From an uncultured delta proteobacterium (lineage in GTDB: Bacteria > Desulfobacterota > Binatia > JACPRU01): a DNA stretch of 64,000 nt. The notes beneath the pieces are model-generated. The model searched no databases. It saw only the letters and a list, made by a program, of their open reading frames with translations, and was not told where the DNA came from. The position numbers and the translations under genes were made by a program. Below, piece after piece: positions 43,931-53,177 of this stretch; position 1 is the stretch's first letter; the number at the start of each line of letters is the position of its first letter. The stretch lies in contig CAVUWD010000011.1 of NCBI GenBank assembly GCA_963745025.1, positions 64,001 through 128,000 on the forward strand, read 5' to 3'.

Positions 43931-45004
43931 ATGGCTGCCAAGAAGAAGATCTCGCTGGTCGGAGCGACCGGCATCGCCGGGCAGCAGTTCGTCGCCGCAC
44001 TAGCCGATCATCCCTGGTTCCAGATCACCCGGATGGTCGGCTCGGAGCGCTCCGCCAGGAAGCGCTACGGCGACGCCCTACGTGACGCGAAGACCGGCGC
44101 GCGACGCTGGTGGTGCGACGTCGAGCCGCCGCCTTCGGTTCTCGACATCGAGGTCGAGGACAGCGCCACGTTCCAGCCCGACGGCGTCGATCTCGTCTTC
44201 TCGGCCGTCGAAGCGGATGTCGCGCGGGAGCTCGAGCCGCGCTACGCGCGCACCACGCCCGTCGTCAGCACCGCTTCCGCGTTTCGCTACGAGGACGACG
44301 TGCCGATCATCGTTCCCGGCGTCAACTGGGATCATGCGCGGTTGCTCCCGCTGCAGCGCGAGCGCCGTGGCTGGCAGGGCTACATCGTGCCGATCCCGAA
44401 CTGCACGACGATCGGCCTGGTGCTCGCGCTCAAGCCGATCCGCGATGCTTTCGGCGCCCGCAAGGTCCTGCTCACATCGATGCAGGGAATCTCGGGGGCC
44501 GGACGCTCCCCGGGAGTCGTCGCGCTCGACATCGTCGACAACATAGTGCCCTTCATCCCAAAGGAAGAGGAAAAGGTGGCGCGCGAGACCCGCAAGATCT
44601 TCGCCACGCTCGGCGAGGGTGGGCTGCGCGAGCCCGACCTCGTGGTGAGCGCCACGTGTACGCGAGCGTCCGTCCTCGAGGGGCACACCGAATCCGTATC
44701 CGTCTCGACCGAGAAGGCTGCCGCGCCGGGCGAGATCGCCGCGGTGATGCGCGCGTTCGACGGCGGCGACTTACCCTCGGCCCCGAAGCGCTGGATCGTC
44801 GTACACGACGATCCCTTCCGGCCGCAGCCGCGCCTCGACCGTGACGCCGAGGGCGGGATGGCCACGTCGGTCGGACGCATCCGCCCCGATCCCGTGCTCG
44901 AGAACGGCGTCAAGTTCGTGCTCGTCTCTCACAACACGAAGATGGGGGCCGCAAAGGGTGCGGTGCTCGTCGCCGAGCACCTCTACCGGCAGGGGCTCGT
45001 CTAG
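43931..45004 (+). CDS. asd: Aspartate-semialdehyde dehydrogenase (archaeal/eukaryotic-like clade)
   Basis: GATGIAGQQF..LADHPWF, PNCTT, MQGISGAG, EEEKV..E, RPQPRLDRD, SHNTKMGAA. Confidence 0.92.
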   Translation: MAAKKKISLVGATGIAGQQFVAALADHPWFQITRMVGSERSARKRYGDALRDAKTGARRWWCDVEPPPSVLDIEVEDSATFQPDGVDLVFSAVEADVARELEPRYARTTPVVSTASAFRYEDDVPIIVPGVNWDHARLLPLQRERRGWQGYIVPIPNCTTIGLVLALKPIRDAFGARKVLLTSMQGISGAGRSPGVVALDIVDNIVPFIPKEEEKVARETRKIFATLGEGGLREPDLVVSATCTRASVLEGHTESVSVSTEKAAAPGEIAAVMRAFDGGDLPSAPKRWIVVHDDPFRPQPRLDRDAEGGMATSVGRIRPDPVLENGVKFVLVSHNTKMGAAKGAVLVAEHLYRQGLV

Positions 45005-45107
45005 GAGTCTGCGCCGCAGGTCGCTCCCGCTGGTCGCGGCTTGCTTCGGCGGGGATCCTACCGAGTTAGCGGCGGCCGTCGAGCGCGACGATCGGCGCGC
45101 CGTAGAG

Positions 45108-45776
45108 CTACTCGAGCGTCTTGCCGGCGAGATCGACGCGGGCGACCCGCGGCATCTGCCGCGCCGCTCTGGCCTCACCGTTGCGGTAGACCGCGTGGAA
45201 GAGCCGCACCCGCCGCACGTACTCCTGGGTCTCGGGGATGCGCGGAATGCCGCGCGCTTCGTCGACAGGCTTGGTGCCGGCATTGTACGCGGACAGCACC
45301 AGATCCAGGTTCCCGGCATAGCGATCCATCAAGTAGCGAAGATGCCGAACCCCGCCGTGAATGTTCTCGGTCGGATCGAAGGCGTTGCGCACCTCGTGCA
45401 TGCGAGCCGTGTCGGGCATGAGCTGCATGAGGCCCATCGCTCCCTTTGACGAGATCGCCAGGGGATCGAAGTTCGACTCGGCGCGGATCACCGCCTTCAC
45501 CAGCGACGCCTCGAGTGAGAACTCTTTTGCGGTCAGACGGACGGTTTCCTCGTATTTCGACGGGTCCCCTCCAACCGACGCGCGCAGCCCCATCGCGGAA
45601 CTGCCGTAGAACTCCCGGTGGCGCGAGATGATCTTGTAGCCGCTCCGCTCCCCGAGGTTGGTGATCAGCAAATGGCCGTTGAGGCCCTGCATGACGAGAA
45701 TCTCGCCGCGAGCTCGACTCACGCCGAGCAAGGCCACCACCGCGAGCACCGTGCGCACCCCTAGAGCAGCAGCCAT
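45108..45776 (-). CDS. Lytic transglycosylase (SLT domain)
   Basis: VIRAESNF...AISSKGAMGLMQLMP.TA, AYNAG, ETQEYV; signal peptide. Confidence 0.9.
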   Translation of the reverse strand: MAAALGVRTVLAVVALLGVSRARGEILVMQGLNGHLLITNLGERSGYKIISRHREFYGSSAMGLRASVGGDPSKYEETVRLTAKEFSLEASLVKAVIRAESNFDPLAISSKGAMGLMQLMPDTARMHEVRNAFDPTENIHGGVRHLRYLMDRYAGNLDLVLSAYNAGTKPVDEARGIPRIPETQEYVRRVRLFHAVYRNGEARAARQMPRVARVDLAGKTLE

Positions 45777-45789
45777 GGGAGGTATGCCT

Positions 45790-45805
45790 AGCAATTCCCG
45801 GGCCC
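45790..45805 (-). promoter_or_regulatory. Possible sigma54 promoter of the lytic transglycosylase
   Basis: Minus strand GGGCCCGGGAATTGCT = GG-N10-GC with TTGCT, just upstream of the start codon. Confidence 0.4.
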
Positions 45806-45986
45806 CGGCGCCGAGACGAAATAGGCCATGAAACTGGCAGATTCTGAGCCGTCGCAAAATTGCCAATGTACGAAGAGATGCACGGTTTTGTTTCAAGGCC
45901 GGTGCGCTCGGCAGTCGAAGAGAAGGTAGATCTCGTAGTCCATTTGCGGCTTGCGAGGCAAGCATTACTTGCATAGACAACGGAGA

Positions 45987-46319
45987 ATGCCGACCGCCGA
46001 AGAGCTTTACGACCGTGGCGTGGACCTGTTCGCCGAGGGCAAGTACGACGAGGCAATCGCCGCATACGGCGAAGCCCTCGGCATAGACCCGGGCTTCGTC
46101 GACGCGCTTCACGGTCTCGCCATGGCGCATGCCGAGAAGGGTGAGCTGGAGGCGGCGATTGCCGCTGCCAAGCGGATCACCGAGGCTTCGGCAGATGATC
46201 CGCTCGGTTACACGGGCCTGTCGATGCTCTATCAGCGCGCCGGCCGTATCGCCGAAGCGGAAGCCGCCGCCAACCAGGCCCGCGTGCTCGAGTGGAAACA
46301 ACAGCTCAAGAAGAGCTGA
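45987..46319 (+). CDS. Tetratricopeptide repeat protein
   Basis: LYDRGVDLFAEGKYDEAIAAY..AL.IDP, GELEAAIAA..R; SD GGAG. Confidence 0.8.
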   Translation: MPTAEELYDRGVDLFAEGKYDEAIAAYGEALGIDPGFVDALHGLAMAHAEKGELEAAIAAAKRITEASADDPLGYTGLSMLYQRAGRIAEAEAAANQARVLEWKQQLKKS

Positions 46320-46908
46320 CGGCGCTGCCGCGGAAGCCGCGCGCGATCACGTAGAGCTCGGCCGACCCCTTGCGCGTGGCCTGCGAGCGGGTCGCGGATA
46401 CGTCGTCAAAGCGGCGACGAATCGCCGCGCGGACTTCGCCGTACTGCGAGTTCATGAAGACCTTGCAGACAAAATTGCCCCCGGCGCGGAGCATCCGATC
46501 GATCACGCAGAGCGCCAAACGGACGAGCTCGCTAGCGCGTGCCTCGTCGCGATCGCGGATACCGGAGAGCGCGGGCGACATGTCCGAAAGTACGACGTCG
46601 GCCGGACCCTCGAGGGCGCGACCAATGGCGTCGAGCGTCGCTTCGTCGGCAACGTCTCCCTGAAGGAGCCGTACGTTCGCGAGCCCGATCGGGTCGAGCT
46701 TGCGGAGATCGACGCCGACGACCCTCCCCTGCTCCCCAACGCGCCTTGCGGCAACCTGGAGCCAGCCCCCCGGCCAGCAGCCGAGGTCGAGCACTCGATC
46801 CCCAGCGCGCAGAAGCCGCCGATCGAGGTCCTCGAGCTTGAATGCCGCCCGGGAACGCAATCCCTCGGCCTTGGCCTTGCGGTAGAAGCGGTCCCTGCGC
46901 TCGTACAT
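46306..46908 (-). CDS. rlmE: 23S rRNA Um2552 methyltransferase
   Basis: AKAEGLRSRAAFKL, LDLGCWPGGW, VLSDMSP, GNFVCKVF, SAELY. Confidence 0.93.
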   Translation of the reverse strand: MYERRDRFYRKAKAEGLRSRAAFKLEDLDRRLLRAGDRVLDLGCWPGGWLQVAARRVGEQGRVVGVDLRKLDPIGLANVRLLQGDVADEATLDAIGRALEGPADVVLSDMSPALSGIRDRDEARASELVRLALCVIDRMLRAGGNFVCKVFMNSQYGEVRAAIRRRFDDVSATRSQATRKGSAELYVIARGFRGSAVSSS

Positions 46909-46942
46909 CGCAGCCGAATGCTAACGAAAACGCCGCTGCTTG

Positions 46943-47084
46943 GTAATGCCTCAGTCTTGGCCACACGCGCTGGAAGATCCAGCCACCGCGCGCAAGCGCG
47001 GAGAGCAATAGACCATCTCGTGGGTTATCGGCATCCGCGCTCCTCGTCGTTCCGAAGCATTCGAGGCGAAGACTGAAGCGTTAC
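46943..47084. mobile_element. MITE-like element, copy E (142 bp; both long hairpins deleted)
   Basis: TIRs GTAATGCCTCAGTCTT / AAGACTGAAGCGTTAC. Perfect 8-bp TSD GCTGCTTG (46935-46942, 47085-47092). Colinear with copy B. Confidence 0.9.
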
Positions 47085-47123
47085 GCTGCTTGTCTTTTGC
47101 GACTGCCGCCGTACCATGGTCTC

Positions 47124-47870
47124 ATGGCCCGCCGTGACGAGGAGGAAGGCGGGGATTCGCCGCCCTTCAACGCGCCGTTTCGCGGCCTCGCGAAGCTCGT
47201 CGGCCCGCTGCCGAGTCCCGCACGGCCAGCGCCTTCGAAGCCGCGGCCGCCGGCGAAGCCCGTACGCGCCTCGCCGCCTTCCGCCGTCGACGATCTGGAT
47301 CTCTTCCAGGCGGCCGTACGCGGCATCATCCCGATTCCAGCGGACGAGCGCGGGCGCGTCGCTCCGGAACGGCCCGCGACCGCACCGAGCGCGGTGCAGC
47401 GCGAGGAGGACGGCGCGCTCGCGGAGCTCTCGGATCTCGTCGCCGGCGTCGCCGCGTTCGACATCAGTGACACCGAGGAGCACGTCGAGGGCATGGTCGT
47501 CGGTCTCGATCCGCGGACCCTCCGCCGGTTGCGCGCCGGGGAGCTCGCCTGCCAATCACATTTCGACCTGCACGGGATGACCGCGGAAGAAGCCAAAGCG
47601 GCAGTGCAGGAGTTCGTGTTTCGTTCGATGGTAGCCGGCCATCGCTGCGTGCTGCTGGTCCACGGGCGCGGTCGCAACTCGCCGGATCAGCGGCCCGTCC
47701 TCAAGGATCGCCTGAAGGATTGGCTCACCCACGGCGAGCTCGGCCGTCGGGTGCTTGCCTTCTCGACGGCACGTTCCTACGACGGCGGCAGCGGCGCGAT
47801 GTACGTGCTGCTTCGTCGTGAGCGACGCGGCAAGCGGCCGTTCCGCACGCTGGTCGGTGCAAAGTCGTAG
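47124..47870 (+). CDS. Smr/MutS2 domain protein
   Basis: DLHGMT.EEA, LLVHGRGRNS..PVLK, DGGSGAMYVLL. Confidence 0.9.
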   Translation: MARRDEEEGGDSPPFNAPFRGLAKLVGPLPSPARPAPSKPRPPAKPVRASPPSAVDDLDLFQAAVRGIIPIPADERGRVAPERPATAPSAVQREEDGALAELSDLVAGVAAFDISDTEEHVEGMVVGLDPRTLRRLRAGELACQSHFDLHGMTAEEAKAAVQEFVFRSMVAGHRCVLLVHGRGRNSPDQRPVLKDRLKDWLTHGELGRRVLAFSTARSYDGGSGAMYVLLRRERRGKRPFRTLVGAKS

Positions 47871-47908
47871 CGGCAAGGGGAGGTGATCGGGTACTGTTTC
47901 ACAAATAC

Positions 47909-48280
47909 CTACGCCGGTGCCCCATACATCGCCTCACCCTCGACGACCGCGCCGGACTCGCCGAAGCGGAGGAGCTCGCACGCTCGGGTCTTCTTTCCGT
48001 TCACATCGGCGAGATAGAGAATCACCATCGTCTGCTGCTCGTCGTCCCACAACACGCGCTCGAGCGTGAAGCGAAGGCGATCAATCTGCGCGACCCGAGC
48101 CTGCCAATAGGCGCGGAGCTCCGCCCTTCCCTCCACCGTCCCGCGGCCGAAGACGGCGACCGCTCTGGGGCTCGTGAAACGCGCCGCCTCGTCGAAATGA
48201 GCGAGCACCGCCTCCAGGTCGCGGGCGTTCCAGGAATCGATCCAGTGCTTGGCGAACTCGGCCACGTCTTCGCGTCTCAT
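47909..48280 (-). CDS. SnoaL/NTF2-like protein
   Basis: FAKHWIDSWNARDLEAVLAHF, FTSP, GRAELRAYW. Confidence 0.85.
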   Translation of the reverse strand: MRREDVAEFAKHWIDSWNARDLEAVLAHFDEAARFTSPRAVAVFGRGTVEGRAELRAYWQARVAQIDRLRFTLERVLWDDEQQTMVILYLADVNGKKTRACELLRFGESGAVVEGEAMYGAPA

Positions 48281-48362
48281 GGGATACTCCCATCGCGAAA
48301 TACGTGACCCACATGGCTCACGCAACGCTTGACAGCCCCTTTGCCCCGGGCAGATTGGAGCC

Positions 48363-48731
48363 ATGGATCGCCGCAAGTTCCGACGATTGATCGGGGAAGC
48401 GTTGGACACGCTACCGGGCGAGATCCGGGTGCGGATGGAAAACGTCACGGTGATCGTCGAAGAAGAACCGACCGAGGAGCAGATGCAATGCGCCGGTCTC
48501 GATCCCCTGCGGGATACGCTCTTCGGCTTCTACGAAGGCTCGCCGCTTTCGGAGCGCGGCCACGATTTCGGCATGGCGCTTCCCGACCGCATCATCCTGT
48601 TCTACCGGCCGCTGGTCGAAAGCTTCCGCAGCCCTGCCGCGATTCGCGAGGAGATTCGTCGTACGGTCGTCCACGAAGTCGCGCATTTTCTTGGACTCGA
48701 TGACGACGAAATCGAGGATCTCGGGTACTGA
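48363..48731 (+). CDS. Zincin-like metallopeptidase family protein
   Basis: LFGFYEG.P, PDRI.LF, TVVHEVAHFLG.DD. Confidence 0.88.
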   Translation: MDRRKFRRLIGEALDTLPGEIRVRMENVTVIVEEEPTEEQMQCAGLDPLRDTLFGFYEGSPLSERGHDFGMALPDRIILFYRPLVESFRSPAAIREEIRRTVVHEVAHFLGLDDDEIEDLGY

Positions 48732-48775
48732 CGGCGCTCGCTCCATTGTTCCTGTAGACGAGCGGTCGTTCTTTA

Positions 48776-48792
48776 GCTACCGTTTCGGTAGC
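48776..48792. promoter_or_regulatory. Palindromic operator candidate for the HxlR regulator
   Basis: GCTACCG-TTT-CGGTAGC, 37 nt upstream of the HxlR start. Confidence 0.4.
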
Positions 48793-48829
48793 GCGAGACC
48801 GATCCGAACCCTCGAGAAAGATCCGACCC

Positions 48830-49198
48830 ATGCCTTCGCCGAGACCCGGTCAGAGCGCACGCGGCGCGCGAGCCGGGCGTCCGCTCACGTCGGCCCTCGA
48901 GCTTCTCGGTCGGCGGTGGATGCTCCGGGTGCTTTGGGAGCTCGGCGAGGAGGGCCTGACCTTCCGAGCCCTCCGCGCTCGGTGCGACGACATGTCACCG
49001 AGCGTCCTGAATCGCCGCATCCGCGAGCTCCGCCAGGCGGGGATCCTCGAGCCCCGGCCCGCTGACGGATACCACCTCACCCCAGAAGGCCGTTCGCTGT
49101 TGCCTGCCCTACGATCGATCGTCCAGTGGACGCAGCGCCGAGCGGCCCTCTCTCGACGGCTTCGTCGGGCGCGGACCCAATACCACCGCGCGCGATGA
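48830..49198 (+). CDS. HxlR family winged-helix transcriptional regulator
   Basis: ALELLGRRWMLRVLWEL, FRAL, SPSVL..R.REL, Y.LT..GRSL. Confidence 0.88.
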   Translation: MPSPRPGQSARGARAGRPLTSALELLGRRWMLRVLWELGEEGLTFRALRARCDDMSPSVLNRRIRELRQAGILEPRPADGYHLTPEGRSLLPALRSIVQWTQRRAALSRRLRRARTQYHRAR

Positions 49199-50241
49199 TG
49201 AGCCCCGTCCGCCGCTCGCAGCGGGCCCTTCTCGTCGCCGTCGGCCTCTTCGCCGGGATCGCCGCCGGAGAACTCCTCTTCCGGGTCGTCCCCTTCGAGC
49301 GCGTGAAATACGAGATTCGCTACGGTCACTTCAGCGGAAACCAGGTCAGCCGCTTCCTCGAGTACGACCCGGTCCTCACGTTCCGCAACCGCAGCTCGGC
49401 ATCGTTTCCCGATGCGGGTGTCGAGATCAACTCGCTCGGCCTTCGTGGCCCCGAAATCCGGGACCCCAAGCCGCCCGGCCGCTGGCGCGTGGTCTGTCTC
49501 GGTGATTCCTGCACGTTCGGCGCGGCGCATCCCTATCCGCAGACCCTGCAATCGATGCTGGACGAGCGAGCGCCGGGAGCCTTCGAGATCGTGAACGCGG
49601 GGGTGATCGGCTACACCTCGCTCCATGGTCTGGAGTGGTTCGAGCGCGACCTCGCCCGTCTCCGTCCTGACGTCGTAACGCTCTACTTCGGATGGAACGA
49701 CATGTGGCGAGAAAAGGATTCCGCGGTGCGCGGGTGGTTCAAGAGTCGGATCGCCGGCGAGCATCGGCCGTGGTTTCGCAGCTACTTGTGGGAGGCCGTC
49801 CAGCGGAGCGTGGTCTTTCTCGCCAATACCTTCGGGTTGTCCGCGCTGCAGGTGCCTCCTGAACAGTACCGCGCCGTACTCGATCGTTTCGCGGCGCTCG
49901 GGCGTGAACAGGGGTTCACCGTGATCTACCTGACGGCTCCATCGGGATTCGACGACGACCACACGCCGCAGTGGCTGATCGACCACGGCTTCGTGGCGCG
50001 CGGCGACAGCGCGCCGGCGCTTCGCCGCGCCTACAACCAGATCGTCGCCGAGGCCGCGGCGCGCGAGAAGAGCCCGCTCGTCGACTGCGCCGCCGATTTC
50101 GACCGCTCCGGAGGTCGCACGCTCTTCGCAGACCCCGACCATGACCCGATTCACCCGAACGGCGAAGGCTATCGGCGAATCGCCGCGGCGCTCGCGGAAG
50201 AGCTGCTGCGCCTCAGGACCTCCCGCGCGGCTTCTGGATGA
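49195..50241 (+). CDS. SGNH/GDSL hydrolase family protein, membrane-anchored
   Basis: INSLGLRG, CLGDSCTFG, NAGVIGY, FGWND, DPIHPN. Confidence 0.88.
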   Translation: MMSPVRRSQRALLVAVGLFAGIAAGELLFRVVPFERVKYEIRYGHFSGNQVSRFLEYDPVLTFRNRSSASFPDAGVEINSLGLRGPEIRDPKPPGRWRVVCLGDSCTFGAAHPYPQTLQSMLDERAPGAFEIVNAGVIGYTSLHGLEWFERDLARLRPDVVTLYFGWNDMWREKDSAVRGWFKSRIAGEHRPWFRSYLWEAVQRSVVFLANTFGLSALQVPPEQYRAVLDRFAALGREQGFTVIYLTAPSGFDDDHTPQWLIDHGFVARGDSAPALRRAYNQIVAEAAAREKSPLVDCAADFDRSGGRTLFADPDHDPIHPNGEGYRRIAAALAEELLRLRTSRAASG

Positions 50242-50453
50242 ACGCAGCGAAGCCCTCGGCGACCTCTTCCGAAACGAACGAATCGGTGAACGTCTCGCAC
50301 CTCATGCGCAACAGATGCGGTTGATGTCGCGCGTTCCGTGATACAGTTCGATCATGCAGGCGTTGCGACGCTCGGGCGGTCCAGGGCGACGGTCACGGCT
50401 CCTCCTTCCAGGTTGTCACGGAGGTACTTCGAACCTAGAGTCGCCCCTGCCAT
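50213..50453 (-). pseudogene. Collapsed enoyl-CoA hydratase remnant
   Basis: Crotonase-like N-terminus (MAGATLGSKYLR...GAVTVALDRP) and C-terminus (ETFTDSFVSEEVAEGFAAFIQK) lie within 240 bp, with stops and frameshifts between them. Confidence 0.5.
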
Positions 50454-50474
50454 GCTCAGCCTCCGGGAGGACCC

Positions 50475-50840
50475 ATGACGGGAAGGGAAGCGATGCTGCA
50501 AGCCTTCGACCGGCTCTTTGACCGTGCCGCGAAGAAGCTCCATGTCGAGTGCTCCGTCGACGAGAAGGAGTCCGCCAAGAAGCAGTTCGAGGCTCGCTTC
50601 GCGGCGCTGCTCGAAGGCCTCGATCAGGTGACGGTCAACGACGTTCCCGACGAGGTCATCACCGGCATGGAGAACGCCATCGACCGCATCACGCCGACCG
50701 AGGTCGTCGGCCTTCTCGCCTCCATTCCGATCGCCCACCAGGGCCAGGAGATGATGCGTCAGCTCGCCTACCGAGCCGCCGAGCAACGGCTGCTCGATCA
50801 TTTGATCCATCAGGCGGACGACCGCTACGGCGGCAACTGA
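50475..50840 (+). CDS. Hypothetical acidic helical protein
   Basis: 121 aa; strong SD GGAGGA; host-like codon usage; no motif recognised. Confidence 0.7.
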   Translation: MTGREAMLQAFDRLFDRAAKKLHVECSVDEKESAKKQFEARFAALLEGLDQVTVNDVPDEVITGMENAIDRITPTEVVGLLASIPIAHQGQEMMRQLAYRAAEQRLLDHLIHQADDRYGGN

Positions 50841-50990
50841 GTCCGCTCGTCAGACCAGATCCGGAATCCCAGTCCAGGCGGTTGGATCACCGGCTCCGCC
50901 GGTAGGCGCCTCCCCCGATAGGGCAATCGTCACGGTTCGGTTTGCAAGCCCGAAGAACCCCGGGGCATCATGCGGTGAGGACCAAGAAGG

Positions 50991-53177
50991 ATGACGCGTC
51001 GATCGGCAAGCGCCCCGGCGCAGGTTCCGAGATCACGCTCGAGCCGTTTCACGCTGCGGTTCCATTTGTTCTCGGAGACGGCGGCCGCGATCGTGATCTT
51101 GATCGGCGTCGCCGTGCTCGTCGGGTGGCTCTTCGACAACACCACGTTGAAGAGCCTTCACCCGGGCCTCGCCTCGATGAAGCCGAACGATGCCGTCGCC
51201 TTCATTCTCGCCGGCAGCTCGCTCTGGATGCTGCGCAGCGAGACCGCCGACCCGCGAAAGCGCAGGATTGCACGGAGCTTCGCCGTGGCGGCCTCGCTGG
51301 TCGGCCTGGCGACGCTCGCCGAGTACCTCCTCGGCGTGAGCCTCGGCATCGACCAGATCTTCTTTCAGGAGTCGACGGGAATGATCTGGACCTCACATCC
51401 GGGCCGAATGGCTCCGAGCGCGGCGCTCAATTTCCTTCTGCTCGGGCTCGCCCTCTTCGCTCTCGATCCGCGCAGCCGCTACTGGCTCGTCGAAGCGTTG
51501 GCGGTCGCGGCGATCTTCATCTCGCTGGTCGGTCTTCTCGCGCATCTCTATGCGCTCGAGCTGCTGCACGGCACTGGCTACTACACGCACATCGCATTCC
51601 ACTCGGCGGTGGCATTCTGCCTGCTCGCCGCCGGCATCCTCTTCGCGCGCCCGGACCGAGGGCTCGTGGCGATCGTCGCCAGCGAGACGGCGGGCGGGGC
51701 CATGGCGAGACGCGTGTTCCCCGTCGTGCTGGTGGTGCCGGGACTCCTCGCCTGGTTGAGCTTCGCAGGCCAGCGAGCCGGGTACTATCAGAGCGTCTTC
51801 GGGCTGGCGCTGCTGACGCTCGGCAACGTCATCGCGTTCAGTGTCGTCGTGCTGTGGAGCGCGCGCTCGCTCTACGATCTCGACGTCGAGCGCGAGCGAA
51901 CCGATGCGGCGCTGTGGCAAAATCGAGAGCGGTTTCGCCTCGTCGTCGACGGCGCGCGAGACTATGCGATCTTCCTGCTCGACGCCGACGGCTACGTGCG
52001 GAGCTGGAATCCAGGTGCGGAGCGGATCATCGGCTATCGTGAAGACGAAGTCCTCGGGCGGCACCTCTCGACCTTCTACCCGCTGGAGGATGTCGCGAAG
52101 GGGAAGCCGGAGCGCCACCTCGACACCGCCGTCTCCGAGGGACGGTTCGAGGACGAGGGCTGGAGAGTCCGCAAGGACGGCTCGCGGTATTGGGCCAACG
52201 TGATCCTCGCGCCGCTCGTCGGCGAAGACGGGAGGCTCTCGGGCTTTTCCAAGATCACGCGCGACATGACCGAGCGCAGACGGATCGAGGAGCAGCTGCA
52301 GGACGCGAACACGGAGCTTCGCAAGCGAGAGCAAACCCTGCAGGAGACGCTCGCCAGCCTGACGCGCACGCACGAGGCGCTGAAGAACGCTCAGCTGCAG
52401 GTGGTCCAAGCCGAGAAGATGGAGTCGGTGGGCCGTCTCGCCGCGGGGGTCGCCCACGAGGTCAAGAATCCGCTCGCCGTCATCCTGGCCGGGATCAACT
52501 ATCTCAGCGGGCGCTCGGCGGGGGACGAGACCGTCGCCTCCGTCCTCTCGGAAATGCAGAAGGCGATCGAGCGGGCCGATCAGATCATCGGCGGCCTGCT
52601 CGACTTCTCCGCGCCACGCAACCTGGAGCTCGGCATGGAAGACCTCAACGCGATCGTACAGCAGGCGTTCCTGCTCGTGAATCACGAGATCGAGAAGAGC
52701 CGCGTGACGGTCGTGCGGACGCTCGGCGAGGACCTCCCCCTCGTCCGGCTCGACAAGCGAAAGATCGAGCAAGTCTTCGTCAACGTGTTCCTGAACGCGA
52801 TCCAGGCGATGCCTGAGGGCGGCACGTTGACGGTCAAGACCTACGTCCGGGCGGCGATGGCGAGCGGACCGCCGGCGGGATCGAGGGGGACGTATCTGCT
52901 GAGGACCTTCGGACGCATGGTCGTGGCCGAAGTCGACGACACGGGCGCGGGCATCCCCGAAGGTCAGGCGCGCAAGATGTTCGAACCTTTCTTCACAACC
53001 AAGCCGACGCGCAAGGGAACGGGCCTCGGTCTGACGGTGAGCAAGGCAATCGTCGACATGCACGGCGGAAGAGTGGAGATTCGTAACCGCCCGGGGGGCG
53101 GTGCTCGCGTGTTGATCGTCTTGGATCCGAGAGGAGGTCGGGAAGATGCCCAAGAAGCGGCTGTTGCTCGTGGATGA
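50991..53177 (+). CDS. Membrane PAS-domain sensor histidine kinase
   Basis: About 8 TM helices, PAS (WNPGAERI.GY, RKDGSRYWA), H-box GVAHEVKNPL, PFFTTK, GTGLGL. Confidence 0.92.
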   Translation: MTRRSASAPAQVPRSRSSRFTLRFHLFSETAAAIVILIGVAVLVGWLFDNTTLKSLHPGLASMKPNDAVAFILAGSSLWMLRSETADPRKRRIARSFAVAASLVGLATLAEYLLGVSLGIDQIFFQESTGMIWTSHPGRMAPSAALNFLLLGLALFALDPRSRYWLVEALAVAAIFISLVGLLAHLYALELLHGTGYYTHIAFHSAVAFCLLAAGILFARPDRGLVAIVASETAGGAMARRVFPVVLVVPGLLAWLSFAGQRAGYYQSVFGLALLTLGNVIAFSVVVLWSARSLYDLDVERERTDAALWQNRERFRLVVDGARDYAIFLLDADGYVRSWNPGAERIIGYREDEVLGRHLSTFYPLEDVAKGKPERHLDTAVSEGRFEDEGWRVRKDGSRYWANVILAPLVGEDGRLSGFSKITRDMTERRRIEEQLQDANTELRKREQTLQETLASLTRTHEALKNAQLQVVQAEKMESVGRLAAGVAHEVKNPLAVILAGINYLSGRSAGDETVASVLSEMQKAIERADQIIGGLLDFSAPRNLELGMEDLNAIVQQAFLLVNHEIEKSRVTVVRTLGEDLPLVRLDKRKIEQVFVNVFLNAIQAMPEGGTLTVKTYVRAAMASGPPAGSRGTYLLRTFGRMVVAEVDDTGAGIPEGQARKMFEPFFTTKPTRKGTGLGLTVSKAIVDMHGGRVEIRNRPGGGARVLIVLDPRGGREDAQEAAVARG

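Noticed and set aside
48411-48746. Divergent HxlR target gene
   Set aside because: The ORF is antisense to the zincin gene and has no recognisable motif; at most a start remnant.
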